This document shows, one piece after another, positions 19,679-29,994 of a stretch of DNA of 55,778 nt. The DNA is from an uncultured archaeon. Its GTDB lineage: Archaea; Asgardarchaeota; Lokiarchaeia; Sigyniarchaeales; SOKP01. Positions within the stretch are counted from its first letter, which is position 1, and every line of letters starts with the position of its first letter. The stretch lies in assembly GCA_964388035.1 (NCBI GenBank), contig CAYLZE010000023.1:1-55778 (forward strand), in the 5' to 3' direction. The translations under genes and the position numbers were made by a program. The notes below the pieces were generated by a model. That model saw only the letters and a list, made by a program, of their open reading frames with translations, had not been told where the DNA came from and searched no databases.

Positions 19679-21508
19679 TCATGCAATCTCCTTCAAGTTT
19701 AATTCAAGATACTTAAAACTATCTAAATCCACGATGGGTACCATCCCGGGAGTAGGCGTGATTCCCATACTTCGCATAAAATCGGTTTGTGCTTGAAAGC
19801 AACCAGAATTTACGAGTGATACATTCCTGTATTGTCCATATCCATTAATATGAAGGTGCCCCGTATGAAAAATATCGGGTATCTTATCAATAATCAGCCA
19901 ATCTTTTTTTACCGGGGCAATTTGAGTTTTTTTCCCATATACGGGTGCTAAATGCCGGCATATCAGCAATTCTTTCATCGATTCAGCAGGTTTGTCATTT
20001 TCTAGACCGGGAATAAGCATGTTCATATCAAGCAAGCTATCGCCGTGATATACTAACGTGGAAACATCGTGAGTTTGTATGTAGGAGGGATTCCCAACGC
20101 ATTTTATCCCAACATCGATTAAGTCCTTGCTGTATTTGGAGGGTACTGCGGGTCTTGGAATTGCATTTCTAACGGGTTCATGATTTCCTGGGCTATAAAA
20201 AATTTGAATATAGGATGGTATTTGAGATAACAACTCGGTAGCATATTTATATTGCTGATAAATATCCGATATTAATAAATCTGCTTTTTGATCGGGGTAA
20301 ACACCTATGCCATCCACTAAATCTCCATTTATAATTAAATATTTTACTTTTCCTATTCGGTTTCTTAGGGAATTGTTTCCAATCTTGCCGTTCAAGATCT
20401 TAATAAATCTTTTCCATAATTTTTCCTCAAATTCCTTGCTACCCATGTGCGTATCGGAAACTAGCGCTAATGAAACAGGATCTTGCGATCGATTGGGTTG
20501 ATGATCCAGAGGAAGATCAATTTTTACGATGTTATTTGCATATATTAATCCTTTCCGATTCTGCTGGCCGGGATTATAAACGCCCTCGACGAATATCATT
20601 TGGTCTTCCACTGTTCTTTCAATCAATTTAATTGAATCAACATTTTCAGTATCCTTTCTCAAAAGTATCTTTATCGAACCGGATAAATCTTCCACTGTGA
20701 GCAAATAATTTCCATTCTTTGTCAATCTAATCTCATCCACCAATCCGATAACTGAAACATCCACTTTACGGGTTATTCTGAAGATGTTTTTCACATTATT
20801 GGCAGAAGAAACATCCGGTCTTTTTCTCATCAAGCTTCGAAGCGTATTAAATTTATCCAAGGTTAAATCATAAAAATCATCATAATCTCCATTAGTATAC
20901 AATTTTCCCGTGGGATCTTTCAAGATCTCATATTTAAAATCATAATCCTTAGCAATGGGATTAAAGGCAAAAACTGATTTACTACATCCAGAGAGAGATT
21001 TGCTCTCAAGAATTTTCTTTTCTATCTTAATCTTTTTTTTTTCCTCCAATATCGTGTCTATTTCCACAGATTTATCATCTATCGAGGATTCGCTTTTTAA
21101 AGGTTGACTTTCTTCAATAGAAATTGATTCTGATTTTGGTCTGGATTCCACCTCTTGATTTACTGATGGTGTTTTTAATACTAAATTTTTTGGAGGCTCT
21201 ACAAGATCATCATTTCCCGTTAAATTTAATGGCTGCTTTTCGACCTGTTTCTCATTATATACTCTTCTTTTAAGGGCTCGTTGGATTTCTTCATTTTGTA
21301 GCTTTTTCAAAACCTCCAAAGTAAGATGACTATTAAAATCCGGTAGAAAACTTACTTCTTTTATTATTAATTCAATAGCATGATTTTTCTCTCCCATTTC
21401 CAAGAAAATATCTAGAATTTCGGGAGACACATTAATGCCAGACTTAACAAAAGTATCGATTACGACCTTTTTTAGTTTTTTATCCGGAGAGCTCATTTTT
21501 AATCCCAC
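19679..21508 (-). CDS. polB: DNA polymerase D small subunit DP1 (3'-5' exonuclease)
   Basis: OB fold LEDLSG, SDTHMGS, GDLVDGIGVYPDQ, PGNHE, YHG, RHLAP, HTGHLH. Confidence 0.96.
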   Translation of the reverse strand: MGLKMSSPDKKLKKVVIDTFVKSGINVSPEILDIFLEMGEKNHAIELIIKEVSFLPDFNSHLTLEVLKKLQNEEIQRALKRRVYNEKQVEKQPLNLTGNDDLVEPPKNLVLKTPSVNQEVESRPKSESISIEESQPLKSESSIDDKSVEIDTILEEKKKIKIEKKILESKSLSGCSKSVFAFNPIAKDYDFKYEILKDPTGKLYTNGDYDDFYDLTLDKFNTLRSLMRKRPDVSSANNVKNIFRITRKVDVSVIGLVDEIRLTKNGNYLLTVEDLSGSIKILLRKDTENVDSIKLIERTVEDQMIFVEGVYNPGQQNRKGLIYANNIVKIDLPLDHQPNRSQDPVSLALVSDTHMGSKEFEEKLWKRFIKILNGKIGNNSLRNRIGKVKYLIINGDLVDGIGVYPDQKADLLISDIYQQYKYATELLSQIPSYIQIFYSPGNHEPVRNAIPRPAVPSKYSKDLIDVGIKCVGNPSYIQTHDVSTLVYHGDSLLDMNMLIPGLENDKPAESMKELLICRHLAPVYGKKTQIAPVKKDWLIIDKIPDIFHTGHLHINGYGQYRNVSLVNSGCFQAQTDFMRSMGITPTPGMVPIVDLDSFKYLELNLKEIA

Positions 21509-21737
21509 CCGTGCGAAACAAGATCATTATTGACTTATTCAATTAAACAATTATTATTAAAGGAAAAATATGATTGTTTTTCCTTTAAATACAAAGAGAC
21601 TAATAATTTTGTTATGTTTAAGAAAAATCACCATTCTCCATGAGTTATTATGATTTGGAGCAAATTAGTCTATTAATAATTTTATTTAATTTTACCCATG
21701 AGCATATTATTCTTGTAATTGGTTCTTGAAAGAATGA

Positions 21738-24700
21738 TTGAAATTATGGAGAAAAGGAGATAGAAGGTCCATGAAAGAGATATCAGAAAAGATGGAACTG
21801 TATTTTAACCGGATCCAAGATGAAGTAAATCAATGTTATCAAATAGCAGAAAAAGCTCGAATGAGAGGGTTGGATCCCGAGCTTTTCGTAGAATCGCCCC
21901 AAGCCCGCGATTTAGCAGGTCGAGTAGAAAAATTAATCGGCCCTCAAGGGATTGCAGACATCATACGGGAGTTAAAAAGTCAGAATTTTAATGATGATCA
22001 AATCGTATTTAAAGTGGTTTCCGATATTTTAGATCAAAAAATTGGGAATATAGATCGCATGGAAGATAGGGTGGAACGAGCAATTAGAGCGGGACTTGCC
22101 ATCAAGACCATGGGTGTGGTAAGCGCTCCGCTTGAAGGCATCTCAAAAGTCTTAATTAAAGAAGATCAAAATGGAGATAAATACTTGTCCTTATATTTTG
22201 CAGGACCGATTCGAGCTGCAGGAGGGACTACTGCGGCGTTATGCGTATTGATTGCAGATTATGTCCGTGAAAAGTCGGGAATTCCCAAATACATGGCAAC
22301 TGAAGGAGAGATAGGGAGATACGTGGAGGAAATTAAGCTTTATGATCGTTCGGTACATCTTCAATATCCTTCTTCGAATAATGAAATAAGATTTGCCGTA
22401 AAATCCTTATCTGTCGAGATTAATGGAGACCCTACTGAAGATGTGGAAGTTTCTGCGTTTAGGGATCTACCACGAATAGACACAAATAACATTCGGGGGG
22501 GCGCTTGTCTAGTTTTAAATGATGGTATCCTTTTAAAAGCTCCAAAACTCCTTAAAATTGCTCGGAGCATGAATATCAATGGTTGGGAATGGTTAGCAGA
22601 GTTGAAGAAAATTGCACTTGAAGAAGGGACCGAGGAATCTCAGAACGAGAAGCCATCAAGTAGTGCTGAAAAGGAAAAAAAAAAGATCGTCCCGAATCCA
22701 AAGTATATTAAAGATATCATCGCAGGGCGTCCTGTTTTTGGAGATCCTTCCATAGTGGGAGGCCATCGCATTAGATACGGAAGGTCTCGAAACACGGGAT
22801 TAGCAGCAGGGGGCATGCATCCCGCCACTTTAGCGATTTTAGATAATTTTGTTGCGATTGGAACTCAATTGAGGATTGAACGACCGGGAAAGAGTACCAG
22901 CATATGTCCGGTAAGTAGTATTGAACCACCGATTGTAAAATTAAAAAATGGAGATGTCATTAAGGCAACGAGCTATGAAAAAGCGAGAGAGATTTTCCCA
23001 GAGGTAAGTAAAATCTTGTTTTTGGGTGATATCTTATTTGGATTTGGAGAATTTGCAGAAAATAATCATGTATTAATACCTTCTGGCTATGTGGAAGAAT
23101 GGTGGGCTTTGGATCTGGAAAACGCCTTAAAAAGCAATCCAAATACCGTGTTTGATGTTTCAAGCTACCTCTCGGATCCCTTTAATCACATCCCCACGGC
23201 AGAAGAAGCGATAAATATCTCGAAAACCTTGGGAGTTCCCTTACATCCCGTCTATTTAGATTTTTGGAACAATCTTACCGTAGAAGAAGGTCTTGCATTG
23301 AGAAATGCATTTTTAAAAGGATATTCTAATGGAATAATGGATTTGGATGACACTCCGCAAATAAAAGAAATTTTAGAAAAAGCTTTTATTCTTCATCACC
23401 TCAAGGAAGGAAAAATAATCTTTAGCAAGGCCATGAATCTGATTTATAAAGAAATTTTTGATTTGGATCATAAAAATGATTTTCAATCGCCTGAATTCAG
23501 CGATATTTTTGACTTTTTCTCTCACATCTCTTCCATTAAAATAAAAAATAAGGCTCCCTATTTCATGGGCACTAGGATGGGACGTCCTGAAAAATCCGAG
23601 CGAAAGAGCATGAAGGGCGTGCAAGCTCTTTTCCCATTAAGTGATAAAGTAGGAAGTTCGAGAAAATTGGAAAAAGCAGTGGAACTCGAGAAGATCAATA
23701 TCGATGTATGCAGAAAAAAATGCTCTCAATGCGGCACCATTTCAATTTTTAATAAATGTCCCAAATGTGGACAGCATACGGAACCTCAAAAAATTTGCGA
23801 AAAATGCAAGAAATTTTTTCCGAAAAATGAAGAAACGTGCGATAAATGCGGAAACGTATTAAAATTTTCAAACCAAGCCAATTTTAACATAAAGAATCAC
23901 GTCTTAACCATTTTAAAAAAATATCGAATGAGTTTACCGGATAATGTTAAGGGAATCATTGGATTAACTAACAAGTTCAAAATCCCCGAACCACTCGAAA
24001 AAGGCATCTTGCGAGCAAAAAATGACGTGTTAGTATATAAAACGGCAGAAATTCGATATGACGCCACGGATATCCCGTTAACCCATTTCAAGCCGAAAGA
24101 AATTGGCATCTCAATTGCCAAATTGAAAGATTTAGGCTATGATGTTGATCATGTAGGGGCTCCCATTGAAAGCGAAAATCAAATAGTAGAACTTAGGATT
24201 CAGGACGTCGTGTTATCCGACGATTGCGCGGATTACCTCATTAAAGTGGCCAATTTCTTGGATGATGAATTGGAGTATTTTTACGGGATGGAGCGTTTTT
24301 ATCACGTTTCTAAAAGAGAGGATCTGATCGGGCATTTAATCGTGGGACTCGCCCCCCATACCAGTGCGGGAATTATCGGTAGAGTTATAGGATTCTCCCC
24401 AGCCCGCTCGATCTATGCACATCCCTTCTGGCATAGCGCTAAGAGAAGGAACTGCGACGGTGATGAAGATGGCGTGATGCTCCTGCTCGATCCAATCTTG
24501 AATTTCTCTCGGTATTATTTACCAAGCAAGATCGGAGGAAGAATGGACGCTACCTTGGTGATCTCTTCGGTATTAGATCCCAATGAAATCGAGCCGGAAG
24601 CGCATAATATTGATACCTTGAGTAAATATCCTTTAGAATTTTATGAAGCCACGCTCAACTATCCCGCTCCCGGAGAAATAGAGAAAATCATGAAATTGGT

Positions 24701-25211
24701 AAAAACCAAATTAGGCACGCCCGACCAATATGAAAACATCGAATATAACATTCCTACGGAGGATATTAATGCGGGGGGGTACGTATCCGCTTACAAAACC
24801 TATGAAAGCATGGACGATAAAATTGAAGCTCAAATGCATCTAGCACAAATCATTAGAGCCGTCGACGAAAAAAACGTGGCCAAGAAAATTTTATCAACTC
24901 ACTTTACCCCCGATATATTAGGAAACTTAAGAAAGTTTGCGGTTCAAGGGTTTAGATGCGTGAAGTGCAATGCGAGTTATCGAAAGCCCCCCCTTTCCAA
25001 TGCCGGTAAATGTACAAAATGCGGAGGGCACGTCATTTTAACCGTTAACAGGGCGGGAATTGAAAAATATATTCCGCGCGCCAAACAGCTCTGCGAGGAT
25101 TTCAAGCTGGATGAATATACCATACAAAGAATGGAATTAATTGAAGAATACGTGAGTAGTTTGACCAATAATCCTAAAATAAGGCAACAAAAATTATCGG
25201 ACTTTTTTTAA
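21738..25211 (+). CDS. polC: DNA polymerase D large subunit DP2 (likely start 21771)
   Basis: AGPIRAAGGT, RYGRSRNTG, RMGRPEK, KRRNCDGDEDG, C-terminal PIP box QQKLSDFF; no intein. Confidence 0.98.
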   Translation: MKLWRKGDRRSMKEISEKMELYFNRIQDEVNQCYQIAEKARMRGLDPELFVESPQARDLAGRVEKLIGPQGIADIIRELKSQNFNDDQIVFKVVSDILDQKIGNIDRMEDRVERAIRAGLAIKTMGVVSAPLEGISKVLIKEDQNGDKYLSLYFAGPIRAAGGTTAALCVLIADYVREKSGIPKYMATEGEIGRYVEEIKLYDRSVHLQYPSSNNEIRFAVKSLSVEINGDPTEDVEVSAFRDLPRIDTNNIRGGACLVLNDGILLKAPKLLKIARSMNINGWEWLAELKKIALEEGTEESQNEKPSSSAEKEKKKIVPNPKYIKDIIAGRPVFGDPSIVGGHRIRYGRSRNTGLAAGGMHPATLAILDNFVAIGTQLRIERPGKSTSICPVSSIEPPIVKLKNGDVIKATSYEKAREIFPEVSKILFLGDILFGFGEFAENNHVLIPSGYVEEWWALDLENALKSNPNTVFDVSSYLSDPFNHIPTAEEAINISKTLGVPLHPVYLDFWNNLTVEEGLALRNAFLKGYSNGIMDLDDTPQIKEILEKAFILHHLKEGKIIFSKAMNLIYKEIFDLDHKNDFQSPEFSDIFDFFSHISSIKIKNKAPYFMGTRMGRPEKSERKSMKGVQALFPLSDKVGSSRKLEKAVELEKINIDVCRKKCSQCGTISIFNKCPKCGQHTEPQKICEKCKKFFPKNEETCDKCGNVLKFSNQANFNIKNHVLTILKKYRMSLPDNVKGIIGLTNKFKIPEPLEKGILRAKNDVLVYKTAEIRYDATDIPLTHFKPKEIGISIAKLKDLGYDVDHVGAPIESENQIVELRIQDVVLSDDCADYLIKVANFLDDELEYFYGMERFYHVSKREDLIGHLIVGLAPHTSAGIIGRVIGFSPARSIYAHPFWHSAKRRNCDGDEDGVMLLLDPILNFSRYYLPSKIGGRMDATLVISSVLDPNEIEPEAHNIDTLSKYPLEFYEATLNYPAPGEIEKIMKLVKTKLGTPDQYENIEYNIPTEDINAGGYVSAYKTYESMDDKIEAQMHLAQIIRAVDEKNVAKKILSTHFTPDILGNLRKFAVQGFRCVKCNASYRKPPLSNAGKCTKCGGHVILTVNRAGIEKYIPRAKQLCEDFKLDEYTIQRMELIEEYVSSLTNNPKIRQQKLSDFF

Positions 25212-25333
25212 CCTCTTCTTATTATGGTCAATGTTGAGCGCCATGCCCATAAATAAAAATTATAAGGAATATTATATTCCCAAGAATTATAGGAAGTTAA
25301 AAGAGCCTTAAAAAAATACGGCTTTTTATCCAT

Positions 25334-25470
25334 GCAGGAGTCGCCAAGCTCGGTCAATGAGCAAGATGTGCTCGACTAACGGCGCTAGACTGAGGCTCTA
25401 GTGACATAGGTCTACGTGGGTTCGAAAAGATCACGTCTCCTCGACGATTTCTGAAATCCCACCTCCTGCA
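25334..25470 (+). tRNA. tRNA-Leu(GAG) with D-loop intron (25358-25379) and T-loop intron (25427-25456)
   Basis: Acceptor GCAGGAG/CTCCTGC, anticodon arm CTAGA-CTGAGGC-TCTAG, long variable arm, both inserts form BHB-like motifs. Confidence 0.92.
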
Positions 25471-25718
25471 TTCTAACTTTTCTTTTATTGGGATTTATTC
25501 ATGATCAAGAGTGATTTTATTGTTCCAGAGTGGTTATTATCTTTTAATTGAAGATCAAGTTATACCATGGTACTATCTTCTAACCTTTCATGTTTTAATT
25601 TCAATCATGCTAATAATTACCGATTTTGAATAAAAGTAAATAAATTTTTATTGATAAACTTACATGGTTTTATGTAAGAATCAATGGATTCAAGAAAAAT
25701 TCCTATCGAATAAAAGGA

Positions 25719-26747
25719 TTGGATATGTCTGTGGACCGAAAAAAGTTGGAAGCCCTATTAAAGTGGTATCAACAATCCATCGGAGAAGATTTGATCGCCG
25801 CCATCATCGTAAATCGGGATGGGCTTGTCATGGATGCCTTGACCTCATCGGGTTCTTCGGGAGAGAGCGAGATTGATGAAGCAGTAATCGGAGGCGTTAG
25901 TGCCATCGTGGAGCCCGTGTTAAAGCGCATAACTCAAGAATTCAATTCAGGTTCGTTTGGAACGGGTACTTTTGACACGGAAGAATATCGATTAATATTT
26001 TGTGAAGCAGGGCCCGAAGCTGTTTTCATTACCGTCTTAAAGGCAGTTGCAGGCGTGGATCCGGTATTTCCGTTTGCTTACATTGCCGCTGAAAAAATTT
26101 CCAGAATTTTTGATGGACGGACGGTGAGTCCTGTAATACCAAAGATCACTTCCAGCGATGAGCAAGATGTAATTGATAGAAAAATGGATACTCTACAAAA
26201 AATAAAGATTAAATCCGGAGAATATGCCTATAAACTGGTGCTTGCAGGTGACGGGGGAGTCGGTAAAACCAGCATGGTTCATCGTTTTGTAGAAAATACG
26301 TTCGATAAAGATTATAAAAGCACCATCGGAACATCCATCATGAAAAAAGAGTGCAATTTTGAAAATTTGGGAAGTTCTGTTAGGTTCGTTATATGGGATC
26401 TCGCAGGGCAAGCACAGTTTGCTCGGGTTCGCCAAAATTATTTGGCAAATGCGGAAGCAGGCATCTTAGTTTTCGATGTTTCACGAAAAGAGACTTACGA
26501 TAACGTGGAAAAATGGTACGGAGAAATTCAAAAAGCATCGGTTAAAATTTCTCAAATTCTGGTGGGGAATAAGATTGATCTCGAAAATGAACGGGTAGTT
26601 TCTACTTTAGAAGGAGAAAAACTGGCAGAAAAGCTAAATGTTCCCTATATCGAAACCAGTGCCTTAACGGGAGAGAATATTAACGATGCATTCGAAATAT
26701 TGGCATTGCGTTTAATAAAACGACATGTAATCACGGAACAGCTTTAA
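25719..26747 (+). CDS. Roadblock/LC7 domain fused to Rab/Ras-like small GTPase
   Basis: AAIIVNRDGLVM roadblock; GDGGVGKT, YKSTIG, WDLAGQ, NKID, ETSA. Confidence 0.92.
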   Translation: MDMSVDRKKLEALLKWYQQSIGEDLIAAIIVNRDGLVMDALTSSGSSGESEIDEAVIGGVSAIVEPVLKRITQEFNSGSFGTGTFDTEEYRLIFCEAGPEAVFITVLKAVAGVDPVFPFAYIAAEKISRIFDGRTVSPVIPKITSSDEQDVIDRKMDTLQKIKIKSGEYAYKLVLAGDGGVGKTSMVHRFVENTFDKDYKSTIGTSIMKKECNFENLGSSVRFVIWDLAGQAQFARVRQNYLANAEAGILVFDVSRKETYDNVEKWYGEIQKASVKISQILVGNKIDLENERVVSTLEGEKLAEKLNVPYIETSALTGENINDAFEILALRLIKRHVITEQL

Positions 26748-26906
26748 GAAAAAAATTTGGAGAATCTTTCGTTTAATTTTTCCATTCATCTTGAAGCAAA
26801 TTAAATCCTTGCAGTTCTTTTTTATTTTATGGATTTTATCAAATTTAAAAAAAATCCGTCTTGTGACCTTAAATTGGATAATTTTTTTAAATTAATTGTT
26901 AAAATA

Positions 26907-27022
26907 AGCCCCTGGAGGGATTTGAACCCTCGGCAAATTGATGTTTCTTTCCTAATTCTTGCCATGCTTAACAAGAATTAGTATATACGAATCAATCACT
27001 CTACCACCTGAGTTACAGAGGC
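26907..27022 (-). tRNA. tRNA-Thr(CGT) with canonical 37/38 intron (26943-26985)
   Basis: GCCTCTG/CAGGGGC acceptor, ATTGA-TTCGTA|A-TCAAT anticodon arm, GAGGGTTCAAATCCCTC T arm. Confidence 0.93.
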
Positions 27023-27469
27023 CTCTTTTCGCTAAATCGAGGCAAAGAACAACGCAATGGCGTAGTTTTGCCTCTCAAACGTGTCGAAACCTAAAGTGAG
27101 CATTCTTAAAGTTATAAGGAATTAAGGTATTGATAAATTAAAAATTTTATTAGGGGGAATGATAGAAATTGAGAACGAAGTCTAAGGTGTTTCTAAAGAG
27201 GCACTCTTTTTATTATTATTTTAATCCACTGATATCCTCTTTAAATTGGTATAATGCGTTATCGCGAGACCTATTGAAATTCCTTTTTAAACTATTTTTA
27301 GCATGCATTAATTATTTAAAGTTCCCCCAAGCATATTTATTAGAACCATGGATTTTTTTACCTGGAACGGTTTAATAAAAGTGATAGAAAGAAAAATAAA
27401 TATCTCTTTTCCTTCTTTCTTAGTCATGCCTTACTAAAAAGAATTTTTTGAATAGGAGGAACCAATAAA

Positions 27470-28513
27470 ATGAATGCGGATGAGCGCAAGATAGAACAAG
27501 TCGGAGAAATAAAATTAATTGAGGAAATTGAAAAGATCATTTCGGAAAAAATGGGAGATTCGCTTAATCGAGACGATTGTTTTTATTTTTCAATGGAAGA
27601 GCTTATTTCTCCCGATAAGAAAAAAAAGCAAACCCTTGTTTTTAACACGGACATGTTAGTATCCACCACGGATGCCCCTCCGCAAATGTCCTTTTATCAA
27701 ATGGGACATAAAGCCGTGATAATGAATCTCAGCGATCTCATCGTGAAGGGTGTCCTTCCAAAAGCAGTCATGATCTCCTTGGGGTTGAATAGGGAGATGC
27801 TACTAAAGGACTTTAAACATCTCGTGGAGGGGATCGTGGATTCTTGCAAGGAATGGAATATTGATTATATTGGAGGAGACGTGAATGAAACCAAAGAACT
27901 GATAATTAGCCCTACTATCTTTGGAGTTCAAGAAGCATCCAAGATCATTCCGAGAGGGGGAATTCAAGTAGGGGATATTGTTGCGATTAACAGCAAATTC
28001 GGATTGACGGGAACTGGATTTGACATCTTGCTCAGCAAAAAGAATAATCAAAATACGCTCTTAAAATATAAAAAATCCATTCAAGCGGTATTAGAACCCC
28101 GGATTTTAGGACGAGAAGCTTTGATTTTAGCTGAGAAGAATTTAGCCACAGCAAGCATTGACTCATCCGATGGGCTTGCCAAATCTCTCCAAGATTTAAT
28201 GCTATCTAATTCGGGTCTTGGATTCGAAATCAGATTTGATGAAAACCTCATCCATGAAGAAGCCTTGCAATATTCCCAGGAAACGCAAGTTCCCTTAGAA
28301 GAACTGGTTTTTAATGCGGGCGAAGAATTTATTCATCTATTTATTATTCATCCAAGCAATCTTGAGAAAGCGCGAGAAGAGGTCAAAAGACAAGGCGGTG
28401 CCCTTCTCGAAATTGGAAAAATCATATTCACGGAAAAAATATATATTCTAAAGGAAAGTGAGCGCCTTGAACTCAAATCCCATGGGTTTGTACACCTTAT
28501 TGAAAAGGATTGA
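27470..28513 (+). CDS. thiL: thiamine-monophosphate kinase
   Basis: GEIKLIE, DDC, NTDML, MNLSDL, GGD, DSSDGLA, GEEF. Confidence 0.92.
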   Translation: MNADERKIEQVGEIKLIEEIEKIISEKMGDSLNRDDCFYFSMEELISPDKKKKQTLVFNTDMLVSTTDAPPQMSFYQMGHKAVIMNLSDLIVKGVLPKAVMISLGLNREMLLKDFKHLVEGIVDSCKEWNIDYIGGDVNETKELIISPTIFGVQEASKIIPRGGIQVGDIVAINSKFGLTGTGFDILLSKKNNQNTLLKYKKSIQAVLEPRILGREALILAEKNLATASIDSSDGLAKSLQDLMLSNSGLGFEIRFDENLIHEEALQYSQETQVPLEELVFNAGEEFIHLFIIHPSNLEKAREEVKRQGGALLEIGKIIFTEKIYILKESERLELKSHGFVHLIEKD

Positions 28514-28641
28514 AACAGACCGAAAAGAAAGCTTATTCAGTCCAGATAGTAAAAGTTTTATATTATCAATGATTTAATTTCATACTATTATAGGCTATTT
28601 AATTTCTTTCTATTGCTTATAATTCAAGATTCGGCGCATTT

Positions 28642-28767
28642 GGGCTATTGGCGCAGACAGGTAGCGCAGCAGGCTTTTAATCTTTCAAAAAGGAGAAACC
28701 TGACGGTCAGGGGTTCGAAAAAAGAGGGAAATTCCACCCTTTTTCGAGTATCCCCTATAGCCCGCCA
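28642..28767 (+). tRNA. tRNA-Lys(TTT) with 37/38 intron (28680-28697) and T-loop intron (28720-28750); CCA encoded
   Basis: GGGCTAT/ATAGCCC acceptor, CTTTTA|A anticodon loop, AGGGG-TTCGAA|T-CCCCT T arm. Confidence 0.92.
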
Positions 28768-28993
28768 TACTTAACCTTGATAACAAGTTCCGATATTTTC
28801 TTGGTAAAAACTTGGTTTTAAAAAAGAACTATATTCAATAATTTTTTAATCACCAATGTGGGATTTATTTTCAAACCATGATACCTTGAAAAAAGGATAA
28901 AAAGAGAAAGTAAGATAAGGTCTGCTTTCTTTAATTATTAAATAAAGAGATGCTCGATTAAATCTCTAAAATACATTCACATGTATTGATTGC

Positions 28994-29983
28994 ATGGAAA
29001 AATATAAATTACCCGCGGATGAGCCCGAAGAGCTATTAATTAAGTCCCACGAGGAGTCCAGTCCGGAGTATGGATGTAAACCAGAAGAAAGAACCGTTCT
29101 CGACCTTTTCGAATATGGAGTAATAAACTTGGATAAACCGAGTGGTCCGACAAGTCATGAAGTGGTATCTTGGATAAAGAAAATCATGAATGTTTCCCGG
29201 GCAGGGCATGGAGGCACCTTAGATCCCAAGGTGACGGGAGTATTACCCTGTGCGTTGGGAAGAGCGACACGGGTCCTTTCCACGCTATTATCTGCGGGAA
29301 AAGAATATGTGGGAGTAATTAGATTTCATTCTCCTCAAACTCGAGTGCGAATAGAAAAGATTTTCCAGGTCTTCACGGGAAAAATATACCAGCGTCCTCC
29401 TTTGAAATCTTCAGTAGCCCGAAAATTACGAGCACGAGAAATATACTACACGCAAGTTCTTGAAATCGAAGATGTTCATGCCTTATTTCGCGTGGGTTGT
29501 GAGGCGGGGACTTACATACGAAAGCTTTGCTATGATATTGGAGAAGCGCTATGTTCGGGAGCCCACATGCTCGAGTTGAGGAGGACGAGGGTGGGGAATT
29601 TTAGAGAAGAAGAAAATCTGATTACCTTACAAGATTTAAAGGACGCGTTAACAATTTATGAACAAGAAGGGAATGAGGTATACTTAAAGAAATTCCTGAT
29701 GCCCATGGAAAAAATGGTGGAGCATGTTCCAAAGATCTACATACGTGATACTGCGGTTGACGCCGTCTGCCATGGTGCAGATCTTGCCTCCGCGGGGATT
29801 TGTTATATCGATGCCAGAATAAAACCTCAAATGCAAGTAGCACTCATGACACTCAAGAAAGAACTGATTGGACTTGCTGTTGCTACAACTGATGCGATTA
29901 AAATGTTGAAGGCAAAATCGGGCATAATGGCTAAGACCAACAAGATTTTCATGGAACGCAACGTCTATCCCTCTTGGAAGTAA
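28994..29983 (+). CDS. cbf5: H/ACA pseudouridine synthase Cbf5
   Basis: INLDKPSGPTSHEV, GHGGTLDPKVTG, YQRPP, CEAGTYIR, PUA domain. Confidence 0.97.
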   Translation: MEKYKLPADEPEELLIKSHEESSPEYGCKPEERTVLDLFEYGVINLDKPSGPTSHEVVSWIKKIMNVSRAGHGGTLDPKVTGVLPCALGRATRVLSTLLSAGKEYVGVIRFHSPQTRVRIEKIFQVFTGKIYQRPPLKSSVARKLRAREIYYTQVLEIEDVHALFRVGCEAGTYIRKLCYDIGEALCSGAHMLELRRTRVGNFREEENLITLQDLKDALTIYEQEGNEVYLKKFLMPMEKMVEHVPKIYIRDTAVDAVCHGADLASAGICYIDARIKPQMQVALMTLKKELIGLAVATTDAIKMLKAKSGIMAKTNKIFMERNVYPSWK

Positions 29984-29994
29984 AGAATTAGAGC

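Noticed and set aside
28994-29983. Intron in cbf5 as in Crenarchaeota
   Set aside because: ORF is continuous through GHGGTLDP with normal length.
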